A stretch of 57,882 nt of DNA, counting the filler, from Sphacelaria rigidula (lineage: Eukaryota): the NCBI GenBank assembly GCA_964200075.2. It is 8 parts of 8 records of this genome, joined end to end, with 100 filler letters (N's around TTAATTAATTAA, not from the genome) between each part and the next. Parts side by side here need not be neighbours in the genome. Positions count along the whole stretch, not along the records: positions 1 to 7,148 come from CAXNAA020016255.1; positions 7,249 to 14,396 come from CAXNAA020016256.1; 6 more parts are not named here. One strand, written 5' to 3'. The translations under genes and the position numbers were made by a program. Position 1 is the first letter of the stretch. Every line of letters begins with the position of its first letter. Positions 1 through 10,422 of the stretch are shown piece after piece. The notes under the pieces were generated by a model, which saw nothing but the letters and a program-made list of their open reading frames with translations, was not told the origin of the DNA and did no database searches.

Positions 1-89
1 AAACAACAACCCCCCCCCCCCCCCCCCCAAGGACAAACGACTAAAGAAAACAAAAAAAGAGAACCCCCCCCCCCCCCCCTGAACCTGAA

Positions 90-412
90 GCGCTGTATGG
101 AAGAAAAGTACGAAAGGGCAGGCTGGAATGAGGTGGGATAGAGCAGTCGAGAAAGTACGGAGGGAAATGGGAGTAAACTAAGACGAAATACTGTCCATAG
201 GTGAAGGTGCGGGGTACAAGACGGGAGTAAGAGACATGATAGAAATAAGGGAAAAAATAAAACGCTCAGACGCAAAGTAGACGAGGAAGAATACCTGGAA
301 ATACGCGGGGGGTTAAGAGAGGGGATAGGGATGAAAACGTATCTGCCTGGCTCACTGAACGCCGCGAAAAATTTGAAACTGCGATTTCGGGTAGGGGACC
401 TGAACCTCCCCG
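90..412 (+). mobile_element. Decayed non-LTR retrotransposon (LINE) ORF2 C-terminal fragment
   Basis: Reads AVWKKSTKGQAGMRWDRAVEKV...GYKTGVRDMIEIRE...EYLEIRGGLREGIGMKTYLPGSLNAAKNLKLRFRVGDLNLP across a stop and a frameshift. Resembles, from recall, the post-RT C-terminal region of brown algal LINEs. Confidence 0.6.
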
Positions 413-764
413 ACGTGATAAGGGGTGGTGAGCGAGAAAAGCCCAAGAAGATCGCCAATTGCGAAAAAAATCACAAAATGCCACAAAATGATCAGTTTGA
501 CCGCCCACTACTGTATGTCCTCACGTATGTCCTCACGTATGTCCTCACGCTGTCAACGACGGAGATCAGGTACTGTACTTTTTTGGGAAAAAATGCCGAG
601 GAAGATGCATCAGGCGGGAACTGAACCCGTGTTTTAACCCATCCCGAGGATGTTACTCGTATCATTTTAATTTAGGCCACCGGGGCGCCGCCGCAATTGT
701 GATGGGTGCTCCACATTGATCAATTGATCGGTGTACTGTTTCATTGGTTGTCGCACTTTCACTA

Positions 765-1096
765 CAGTTTACCACTTGGGATGGTGAGAAATTTCTCAGA
801 CAGCTCGACTTGATTTCAGTATGAAGAGCGAAGACCCGGATCTTTAATGGGGCTATGCTCCAAGCGTGCTCCTAGCTTGCGCAGAACGCGTTTTGGTCGA
901 AATCGGCGCCTGGGGCGCCGACTTGAGGTCTGGCAACGCACCCTTTGCCTATGTAACACTCTCCACCCCCTCGACCGAGGGTTCTCGGTGTGCCTTCGTT
1001 GGGGTTAGGGTTACGGTCAGGGTTAGTGTTGGTCTTATGGTTTGTTCGAGGTTATAAGTTTCTGAGAAATTTCTCACCATCCCAAGTCGTAAACTG
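765..1096. mobile_element. MITE with 36-bp TIRs and an internal telomere-like tract
   Basis: CAGTTTACCACTTGGGATGGTGAGAAATTTCTCAGA (765-800) is the reverse complement of 1061-1096 with 1 mismatch. GGGGTTAGGGTTACGGTCAGGGTTAG lies at about 1001-1026. Confidence 0.85.
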
Positions 1097-1420
1097 ACCT
1101 CCGCACTTTGAGGGATCGCCCAGAAGTCCAGCTATGGTCACATGCTATGATCACACGCTATGGTCAGATGATGGACGTATGCGAAATAGATTCACTCCTC
1201 TGAGGGAGGGCTATCGTGGCACCCCTCGCAAGCAAGGGTCCATACCAACACGGTTATTCACCCCTCATCTCGCGTAGGCTGTACATGTAGCGCACGCCGT
1301 CGTAAATCTACTCGGCGAGGAGACGAGCACGCTGTCACCTGTAGCACATCAGACCGAGAGCATAATTCATTTCCAAGCTCTCAAAATGGTGTTGCGCATT
1401 CGAGCAGTCCATGTATTATA

Positions 1421-1568
1421 CACCCTGCATGATAACAATAGATGACATTGTCACAAAGTGTACTGTGCACAGTATGGAATGTATTTTCTGTTGCGAGTAG
1501 ACCCAAAAGTCGTTGCTGTACGCAGTGCACTTTTCGACAATGTAATCTAATTGCCATTATCCAGTATA
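1421..1568. mobile_element. Degenerate copy of CACCCTGGACA-TIR MITE family
   Basis: TA|CACCCTGCATGATAACAAT...GTATGGAAT...GTCGTTGCTGTACG aligns by eye with 4963-5106 and with the reverse complement of 40085-40219. Confidence 0.55.
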
Positions 1569-2103
1569 TCTACACCACGTCGGATGCCTGAGTTGAGAAG
1601 ATGAAAATTTGCGGAGCGTGTTTCTTGGCTGATATTCAGAGAGTGCGGTATGTCATGGAATTATTTTTCATCGCATCATAGAGCACCGCAGGAGTTGGCG
1701 CTGTTCTTTGTTGTTGTTTTTTTCTTGGGCAGCGCCCAGAAAAAGGCACACCTGGTTGTATGTGTCGCCACTTCAGGGAGCAGCGATCAACGTTTTTTGG
1801 CACTTCTTTTCCATGTGCACGTTGAAGACAAATGATCGCGTTCTTGCAAACAAAAGGGTGTGTAAAATAAATGACCGAAAAAAAATACAGGCAGAGAGTT
1901 ACGAAGCTTAAGTCCTCCAAATACGACCGGAAGGACGTGATGCCGGGGTGAAGTAGAGGCGAGCAAGGAACACCTTGATTACCCTTTTGGGCCAGTTTAG
2001 AGCACAGTACAGCTCGGGTCGATAGCCCACAACTTGGACAGCTGTACTGCACATCATCCCGCTTGTTTTTTTTTTTTCCCGCTTGTTTTCTGCAGTACTG
2101 TCG

Positions 2104-2180
2104 GCCGGTCACCCCGGTGGCTCAGTTGGTAAGCTCAAAACCTCCTGGCGGTTGGGACGTAGGTTTGAGAGTCATCCTAC
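2104..2180 (+). mobile_element. tRNA-derived SINE head
   Basis: A-box TGGCTCAGTTGG at 2118-2129 and a degenerate B-box (GGTTTGAGAGTC). A 29-nt head is shared with 7863-7891 (1 mismatch). No complete cloverleaf. Confidence 0.6.
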
Positions 2181-2439
2181 GATAGTGGGGGGGATATTTT
2201 GGGCCACTTCTTGCACGAAATTCCAAGACGAATCGTCGTTGACAGCGGCAGTGGTAGCTCTAACGAGCTTGTTATAGATAAATAACGCTCAGTCATACCG
2301 ATGGACACCGTTTTGAACCAAATACAAGCGCACCGCGAGGGTGGCAGGTCGTCTGACACACTTGTGAGCCTCTTTTTTCGTGCAATCAAGTACCCCCCCC
2401 CCCTTATCGTAAGATGCCTTCATAATCTCGGAGAAGTCA

Positions 2440-2620
2440 CGCAATCTGGGAGTTTTCCCTCACATCATACCCAGCAGTAGAGAGCGACTGTGTCCTGGGC
2501 AGGTGCACAAAGTTTCACTTGACGGTCGACGAGGGAAAGGGACCCCTGAACCCCTCTCGTGATATGAAAATAGGGCAAACTCCGCAGAAGGGAGACGGAG
2601 TGCTAAAACAAATACAAAAT
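2440..2620 (+). mobile_element. SINE body and A-rich tail (same family as 14500-14720)
   Basis: Shares GAGAGCGACT, GTCGACGAGGGAAAGGGA..CTGAACCCCTCTCG and CCGCAGAAGG, plus an A-rich end, with the minus strand of 14500-14720. Confidence 0.65.
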
Positions 2621-3092
2621 TTGAACTCCTGTGTTGACGTTTCTCCTGTGTGACCCCCCGCTGATGTGCCCGCATATAACGAAGGGTGTAGACTGGTGTC
2701 CAGGATAGACGAGGTGACAACACAAAACGGAACACACACACATGTGTAGAAAGGAAGCAAGACCGCATGTTTTCTTCGGCAAGAGCTGCTCGAGTCGGAT
2801 TAATTTAAGGTCTTCCCTGCGCCGAGAAAAACAGTTGCTGATCAACGCACGCCAAAGAGTGGCTGAAAACCGTCAAAGGTATACCTTGGTCATGCATCCC
2901 ACTGCCCTTTGATGCAATCTGTGTATTCCCGACAGGTTGCGCTACAAGCGCACCTTCGACGCATGCGGCATCAGCAGAGCGTGGCCTTCGTTTCTTCGCT
3001 TCGAAGCAAGTACCTCACATCCTTTGGGTCACGAGGACGATTCTCGGTGAGCAGAAGTGCCGTCTCTTCTTTTCTTGCCTGTGTTTTTGAGG

Positions 3093-3337
3093 TTCGGCGA
3101 GTCGCATGAAGGGCGAGCTGCATCCTGCTAAGATTGTTCGGCCCGAAGCCTACTGATCATCTTGCATTTGGATGACAGCCAACAGTGAGTTGCTTTATTC
3201 TGTGGTATCAGCACTTCCAGAGACAGCCGCAGCTTTTACAATGCCTCATGGGTGTCTAACGGGGGGGGGGTTCTCATTTGTTGCTTGCCTTGAGTCATTT
3301 GACCATTGACCATGCATCCCTTTCGAGACGGAGCGCG
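3093..3337 (+). repeat. Poly-G-docked interspersed family: core body, G10 run, then TCTCATTTG module
   Basis: GCGAGTCGCATGAAGGGCGAGCTGCATCCTGCTAAGATTGTTCGGCCCGAAGCC core recurs at about 6540-6700, 26625-26780, 30050-30210 and 39380-39530. Confidence 0.8.
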
Positions 3338-3606
3338 TTCCGACTCCTTATAGAGAGTCACCTCCAACATTTGGGCGCTCATCACGTTTCTTCCATACAT
3401 TCATTGCTCATGAAGGGGAGCGGGGGGAAAACGTGAGCCATGCTCTCGGTCCCTGTTCTCTTTTCCTTGTCTCCGGTTGTTCGGTAGATATCAGACATGA
3501 AAATTTTGTTCACGTGTGCGTCCATGATGACCCCCCCCCCCGCCGTCTCCCCGTCTCCCCGTCTCCCCGCCCCCTCTCCGGTCACTACCCTTATTTTTTG
3601 AGGCAG

Positions 3607-3741
3607 GTGAAAGACGCACTGTTTCGTTTGCGAAGCTGCCGCGACCCTCTGTCGTCTTCGGGCACGAAGGTCAGCCTGGCCGGGCTCATGGCGCTGACAG
3701 CCGAAGATATCAGGGACGAGGGGCTACCCGACTGGATGCAG
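3607..3741 (+). CDS. Isolated internal exon of an unknown protein
   Basis: Pyrimidine tract, CAG acceptor, 135-nt open frame VKDALFRLRSCRDPLSSSGTKVSLAGLMALTAEDIRDEGLPDWMQ, then CAG|GT donor. Phase 0-0. Confidence 0.6.
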
Positions 3742-3822
3742 GTGATTTCAGTGATTGATTGATCGCCGCGGGTTGATTCGATCCGCGGAGAAATTTGACG
3801 TGGTGGGTGAGATGGATTTCAC

Positions 3823-4021
3823 GGGCAGGTCGAGTAGGGTATACTTATTTGCGGGGTATATTTGAAAGTTGTACTCCAAGTACACACACTGGGGTAGGGT
3901 GTTAGGGGTCGCTTTCCAGTTACTTTTGGGGTACGACTCCTAACACCCTACCCCAATTTGAGTACTTGAAGTACGGTTTTCAGAATACCTCGCGATTGAG
4001 TATACCCTGCTCGACCTGCCC
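3823..4021. mobile_element. MITE with 23-bp TIRs and an internal hairpin
   Basis: GGGCAGGTCGAGTAGGGTATACT versus AGTATACCCTGCTCGACCTGCCC (1 mismatch). Inner inverted pair at about 3890-3911 and 3934-3955. Confidence 0.8.
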
Positions 4022-4962
4022 TCGATGGGTTTATCGAAGGTGAGTTTACCCCCAACGATCGCTAGAGGAAACTTGACTACAGAAATGGGCGAGCTATGTA
4101 CACAGAAGCAAAAACAAGCACGGAAGGAAGCACGGAAATAAGGAAGGAAGCGGACGATGGCGAAACGCATTGAAAAGAAACATTGCGTGATAAAAAAAGG
4201 AGGAGGAAAAAGGGAAAGAAGCGAAGGGGATGTCGAATCACAGTGAAATGTAACAGATCGTGGAAGGAAACAAAAAAAGAGGAAAAGAGGAAGAAGGGAA
4301 GGGGGTGAACAGACACAGTGAAATGAGACGAAGCATAAGAGAAAAAGGACGAGGAAAATGCGAAGAAAAAAGAAAAATGAGAGGAAAGGAAGGGAAAGGA
4401 AAAATAAAAGACGGGAAGAAAAGGGAGGATCAATGGTGACTGATAGAGTTCTCGGAACGAACCCCGACAGACTGTCCCTGAAGCTTCAGGGAAGGAGGCC
4501 GTGCGAGAAGTAGTATAGCCGTTTGGGCAGGAGCTATCACCCGTCAGCTCTGAAGGAGCGAGGCTCAGATGCAGGAAAAGAAAAGAAAGGGAAACAAGAA
4601 GAAAGATTGAGGGATGAAGGTAGCGAATGGGAGAGAAAAATGAAGATGGATAAAAAAGGAGAAAGGGGGAGGGTGAACACATGGTTGAAAAGGAGAGAGC
4701 TAAGGAAAGGAAGAAAACTGGAGGAGCGCAGATACGTGGCAGAGGATCCGAGTAAATAGGAAACAGAAACAGCGCGTGTGGAGTGGGGGTATACCCGATA
4801 TTGTAGTTTAAAAAGAAGTCGCACATCACCTATTCGAGTCAGTCACCATGACTTGTATGGGCTTTAGAGGGAGGAGCAACAGCACCGGACTGGCTGCTGC
4901 CGTAGGCATGGGTCGGATCCAATACGCGCACCCCCGGCACGTGGAATAGCGCAACAGTTGCA

Positions 4963-5106
4963 CACCCTTCATGATGACAATATGTTCTGTTGTAAAAGAA
5001 AATGTACTGCGTATGGTATGGAATATTTTGTTTGTTTCAATAGGCGTAATAGTCGATACTGTACGTTGTAAACTTTCAAACTGTATTCTATTTATTGTCC
5101 AGGGTA
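4963..5106. mobile_element. CACCCTGGACA-TIR MITE copy
   Basis: AAAATGTACTGCGTA..GTATGGAATA..ATAGGCG.AATAGTCGATACTGTAC..TGTCCAGGGT matches the reverse complement of 40085-40219. Confidence 0.65.
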
Positions 5107-5199
5107 TGAAAAATTGCGCAGAGACGTTGACACGAGGCCAAAGGCCTCTGTCAACTTTTTCTTTTTTTCGAGCAACCAGGCCTCAGAAACCGTAAATTC

Positions 5200-5413
5200 T
5201 AGGGCACTTATCGGCACACGTCACAAAATTTGTTACACGTCAAAAGTTGAGCGTTGGGCCAGTCTAGTACTACGGTAGGGGGATCACGTGGACCGCCATG
5301 TTCAAAAGTCAAGTCAAATCAGGGCTCCCCACGTGGTCCCCCACCGTAGTACTAGCCTGGCTTAACTTTTGACGTGTAGCGAATTTTTGTGACGTGTAAC
5401 GATAAGTGCCCTG
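5200..5413. mobile_element. Foldback MITE with hAT-like ends (TAGGG...CCCTG)
   Basis: About 90-bp imperfect inverted arms. Flanking 8-mers GTAAATTC and GTAAACGT match 5/8, consistent with a decayed 8-bp TSD. Confidence 0.75.
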
Positions 5414-5668
5414 GTAAACGTGGTGATTCAAACCAGCGATGGTTTGGCCAACCCTTTGATGATGTATCAAAATAGGCGGCTGTTGGCTCCGCTTCTTGGG
5501 CCCTATCTCGACGTGCGCGAAGAATCGTACGAGATTTGCCGCTCCAGCAGGAACAAGATGAAACGCACATCAACATTCACGAAAATTATGCAGAGAAGAT
5601 GACTACCGCTATCATACGCCGCAACCTGCAGTGTTACTACACTGAAATTTTTGAGTCATGGTACGATA

Positions 5669-5739
5669 GGGGGGGGGACTCATTTGTTGCCTTAGTCGTT
5701 TGACTATTGACTACGCATCCCTTTCGAGATGGAGCATGC
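5669..5739 (+). repeat. Solo ACTCATTTG module on a G run
   Basis: G9-ACTCATTTGTTGCCTTAGTCGTTTGACTATTGACTACGCATCCC, flanked by TACGATA on both sides. Confidence 0.7.
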
Positions 5740-6351
5740 TACGATAAGAATGGGCGTGTTTGGTTCCACGAGAAAAATGGGCTCATGAGTGTGTCATCCG
5801 ACCTACCACACTCGCGGCGCGCTTGTGTCGGGGTAAAATCGGTGTCAAGCAGTATGAATGAGCGTTATTCATAGGAAACAAGCGCGTTCGGACGAACCGT
5901 TGTTGCTTTCAACGGCGATTTAAAGTGGACTGTCGTGGATGAGATGGCCCAAATTCCCCCCGACGCCCTATCGTAGCATGGCACTTTTGCTTCTTGTTCT
6001 CCTTTCAGATGAGTGCTTCTTCGGCGCTTTTTTTTCTCTTCTGATTCAGCATCAGACGCACCCATATGTCTACACTAGAGAAGAGGAAACTACACAACGA
6101 CAAAAAAAAAGACATGCGTTGTACCGGAAGCAAATACCGTGCCGCTTGTCATTTCCGCCTATTCGTATCCAGGGTTATGTTCCATTGTTTCAATTTCTCA
6201 TTTGGTCATACTTGATGATCTGCCTCAGTATTGTAAAGAACAAAAGAGCGTCTTGAATCGCTCATGGACCCAAGATTAGCTGACGCCAGGGCACAGGGCA
6301 CACATACCGCAAGAATGCTTGAAAGATGATGAAAAATATTTTCATGTTCTG

Positions 6352-6775
6352 ACCCCTCGTGCTCCGTCTCGAAGGGGTTGCGTGGTCAATGGTCAAACGA
6401 CTAAGGCAAGCAACAAAGGAGTATCCCCGCTCGTCTCGCACACATCTGCCATGGTTTGAAGGGATGCGACGTCAATGGTCTTATGACTATGGCATGCATA
6501 ATCATGAGTAGCCCCTCCCCCCTTCCCCTCGTCTTTGGTTGGACACCCATGAGGCATTGTAAAAGCCATAGCTATCTCTGGGAGTGGTGATACCAGAGAA
6601 TAAAGCAACTCATTGTTGCCTGTCATCCAAATGCAAGATAATCAATAGGCTTCGGGCCGAACAATCTTAGCAGGATGCAGCTGACCCTTCATGCGACTCG
6701 CNNNNNNNNNNCAATGGTCTTATGACGATGGCATGCATGATCATGAGTACCCCCCCTCCCCCCTCGTCTCCATCT
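6352..6775 (-). repeat. Poly-G-docked family, three modules in tandem
   Basis: On the minus strand three modules each start GACGAG-(G-rich)-TACTC, and all contain GACCATTG. Confidence 0.75.
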
Positions 6776-7148
6776 CCCCAAACCGACCCATTTGCGAAAA
6801 TGTTCTCTTGAAAGGCGATCGGTCTGGTTCACGGTCTGGGTCGCATCCTGCACTTCCTGGGCAAGGAAGCCGGGACTACGCCGACGGAACGAGAGTGCGT
6901 GTTGGGAGAGTACTCGTGGGTTGTGGGCGCACCGTTTCCGGACTCCATCACTTGCCCTAGGTGCGTTTTGTATTTGTACCTTCATTTCGTGTTTTTTTGT
7001 TTTTCTCCCTCTTTGATTTCCAGTCGTTTTTACTCACATCCGAAGTCTGGTATGTTCTTTGCTTTTCTGTTTTGTTTCGTCGATTTACTCGGCTTTCATG
7101 TATTTGTACTGGCTGGTGCTGCTAGTGGGGGGTGGGGGGGAGGGTGTG

Positions 7149-7248
7149 NNNNNNNNNNNNNNNNNNNNNNNNNNNNNNNNNNNNNNNNNNNNTTAATTAA
7201 TTAANNNNNNNNNNNNNNNNNNNNNNNNNNNNNNNNNNNNNNNNNNNN
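7149..7248. other. Artificial contig linker
   Basis: 44N-TTAATTAATTAA-44N (stops in all six frames). Confidence 0.98.
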
Positions 7249-7273
7249 ATCTACTCTCAATCTCACGAAAACA

Positions 7274-7494
7274 CTGTTAATTGTCGCGAGTCATCGCACA
7301 CCCCCTCGACCGAATTTCAAAGCTCGACTACTCCACAACAAGAAGGCCATCAGTTCTGAAAAGGGTGACGCTGAAACGATCTCGTCAATAGCTGTCCGAA
7401 AACGTGTCGTTTGGTATTGGCACCCTCTTCGTCATGGAGTAATCGAGCTTTGAAATTCGGCCCGGGGGGTGTCCGTTGACTCGCATAATTACGA
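7274..7494. mobile_element. MITE with about 60-bp TIRs (Tc1/mariner-pogo-like CCGTA end)
   Basis: CGAGTCATCGCACACCCCCTCGACCGAATTTCAAAGCTCGACTACTCCA is inverted at 7435-7485. A partial copy at 21745-21874 ends AATTACGG|TA. Confidence 0.75.
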
Positions 7495-7862
7495 TAGTGC
7501 TGTACTGTATCGGCAAAGCACAGCTACCTACTGTGCTCGCGAGTACAGACTGTGCTTGTTACCTGACAGAGTACAGCCTGTACTCGGACATGGAGTAGTA
7601 CAGGATAACGAGTACAGGCTACAACTGTGCCGTGTTTGCGAAGCATAGCCTATGCTTGTAATGTCGTGCTGTTCGCAAAACCCACAGCCTGCAGTGTGAA
7701 TACATGTATTGTACCCGTCATCTCGAGAAAAAAATATCTCATCGACGGTGCCACCGGATGATGGAAGATCAAAGTGGGTGTTTTCCGTCGTGCTCAACAT
7801 TGACTCGTGCTGGCTGGACTTCGATACTCCGTCGATACCCTTTGCATTTGTCTCTGTTGTAT

Positions 7863-7945
7863 GCCGGTCGCCCCGGTGGCTCAGTTGGTAACCTCGAAAC
7901 GTTCTGACGGTTGAGCAGCTGATTAAAAATCAAGGGTTCCGAATT
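7863..7945 (+). mobile_element. tRNA-derived SINE head
   Basis: GCCGGTCGCCCCGGTGGCTCAGTTGGTAA, the same head as at 2104. Confidence 0.55.
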
Positions 7946-8542
7946 AAAAAAAAAAAACAGCCCGGGCTCGGTCATGATGAAGGGTCACGGTGGAAATAAG
8001 GATCTGCCTATATAAGTGGATATACTTTTAGCGCTCAAAACCGTTCAAGGACTTTCCTGTACTGTTGTTTATGCATATGTCCTACATTCACATGGTCATA
8101 AAAAGAGGCGTGTGACATTATGGCGAAAGAATGATTCTGAATCTCGAACATGGCATGGTCCAACCCAGTCTACATGCGGTTTTATATGCGACATAGACCC
8201 GTGGAACACCTCTGAGGGCAAAATTCATTGCTCAACTGGGTTTCTCACCGTGATGCACCCGGAAGACCCTATTCGTGAGATTCAGAGGGTAGTATGACAT
8301 TCGGAGTGGATGCTCTAGCGTCCCCAACAGGAAACTTTTATTCTTTGTTTTTTTGCTTGAGCACACGTGCACAGGCACCGCAGGTAAGGTACCGTACCGA
8401 GCGTCCCCCGGTATTTACCGGGGTACCCCATACCGTGGTATGTGTAGGTATCGTAGGTACGAGTTTTGAAAATACCGGATGGGGCCGGTACGGTAGGTAT
8501 TGAAATATCGAAATACCCTGGTATCATAAGTATCGTAGGTAA

Positions 8543-9004
8543 CACTATATTCGTGAGATCCAGAGGGTAGTTTCAGATTCAGAGTGGATGCTCCAGCGTT
8601 CCTAACAGGCAACTTATTTTCTTCTTCTTTTTCTTGAGCACGCGTGCTGTGCATGCAGCTACCGTGCAGTACCCCATTCGAGGATTCCGGCAGTCTGGTT
8701 GGTGAGATACCGCACGAAGCATTTTTACGCCTGGGGGGGCATTTCGGAACTGGAACTGTTTCAGGCACTAATCGGTTTTTTCCTGAAAGAAGGGATCTTC
8801 TGTTGCAATGGACTGACTACGTTGTTGCGATTAAGTGATGTGTCATAATGATCGTGTAGGTGACAGCTTTCATTGAAGCCACCGCTTCACCACCTGAGCG
8901 CATTACTCCTCGAACTATGGCGATGTCAAAATCGACGGGAAAGTCGGTTGTTTCGGGTCTCACTCTGAATCTGAAACAACCCTCTGAATCTCACGAATGT
9001 AGTG
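8543..9004. mobile_element. Non-autonomous TIR element with CACTA...TAGTG termini
   Basis: 44-bp TIRs (CACTATATTCGTGAGATCCAGAGGGTAGTTTCAGATTCAGAGTG and 8961-9004). A second copy of the left 100 bp sits at about 8270-8370. No clear TSD. Confidence 0.75.
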
Positions 9005-10173
9005 TTTCGCGTGTTATGTCAGGGGCGACGGTGGACCACGAGACGGTAGGGATCCTGTTCACTGAAACAAAATCCTCGCGTTCCTCGACAGATACGCAGA
9101 GATGTACGGGCAAACCATGCCGCACCAGAATGCTATGTACTTCTACATGTGAAACAAACAGGTGGGTAAATGTAGGTAGCGCTTGCACAGCCATTGTTTC
9201 GGTCGCGCTTATCGACTGATATGTGTGTGTGTGGGCGGGTGGTTGGGGGGGGGGGTCTCTCGCGGCATCACCCACGGTAAACCGCGTCTTATATTAGTTT
9301 CGTTTTTATTTTTTTCGCCAAAACATTTGAGGAAGCAGTTGGTAAATATCGTTTCGATCTATGTTTTAGTCGGGGTAGAGGTACGGGCCTGGAACACTTC
9401 GATCCCCGACGGTGTTCATAGTCTTCGATTCCAATTCAAATTACTGGACCATCGACTACCCCTTAGCGCATCTAGCACGCGATTTCGGAAATTGAGCACA
9501 GTTTTTATGGAGGAATAACGCTGGGAACCGCCAAAAGCATCGAAATGTTTTCGAAGTAGAATTACAAATGCACTCTACGGCCGTAATATGTGGCGTCGCT
9601 CATCATGGAAGAAAACGCCGGTTATTTGTAAAATCCCGTGTTTTTTCGGGGGTTCTGGAATACAAGAGCAGTGTAAACTACAGGAAGGACGGGAGGATTA
9701 ACTTGTTCCGTGTAAGTACAAGATGCAGCAAATTGCAGACGGACTATTGTTTAGGAGGAGCCACGCCACATGGCACAATCGGAGAGGGCAGATTCTTTTT
9801 TGTATTGCGGAAATGTAGTGATGCTCACGAAGGTTCCCAAGGCTCAACCACAGTGAAATCTCCAACCCCAATTTTCAATATCGCGTGCTGTCTGATTCAG
9901 TTCAACAGTCGTATCCATCCTCCCTGCGAATAGCGTCGCAGAAAAGGGCAATGCGGTGGATGATAGTGCAGATATACGCGCCGGAGCCCAGGACGCAGCA
10001 CATCGCGCTTGTGTGCTAGTTGTTTGGCTTCATGCGCACGCTGATGTTGCGCTAACAACTTCATGCGCGCGCACATTTTCCTAGCCATATGGCGTAACTA
10101 TCCGGCGTTGCGGGCTCAATTTCCTGCGCACGATACCTCGAAACACGCGACCACCTCACATCCCCGATGACAG

Positions 10174-10422
10174 GAAGTGTACGATGCGTTCGTGGAGGAT
10201 ATGCGTAATACGGGAGGGAGGTTGGCCGCAAGTCTTAGCTATTTTTACACCACGATGCGCAAGGACCGACCCCACTACAAGGCCAAGGTCGGCAGCACAT
10301 TCATGAAGTGTAGCGCGTGCACTCTGTACCATGACACCCTTAATGGGAGTTCTGGTGTGAGGGTCACCGCTGACCCCGGCAAGATGGAGGAGATCGCTGT
10401 GGAGCAGAAGGCGCACTTGCAT
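10174..10422 (+). CDS. Transposase exon 2 (CxxC...H region)
   Basis: TGACAG|GAA start and CAT|GTGAGT end. Translates EVYDAFVEDM...SLSYFYTTMRK...FMKCSACTLYH...KAHLH. Confidence 0.7.

Noticed and set aside
2104..2180. tRNA gene (also 7863, 14650-14715, 21230-21300)
   Set aside because: Only A- or B-box remnants are present. No consistent acceptor and anticodon stems could be folded.
4077..4829. 250-aa hydrophobic ORF
   Set aside because: It is the reverse complement of a purine-rich low-complexity tract, so the F/L/S bias is compositional.
6899..7204. ORFs ending XXXLIN (also at the other linkers)
   Set aside because: They run into the artificial linker.
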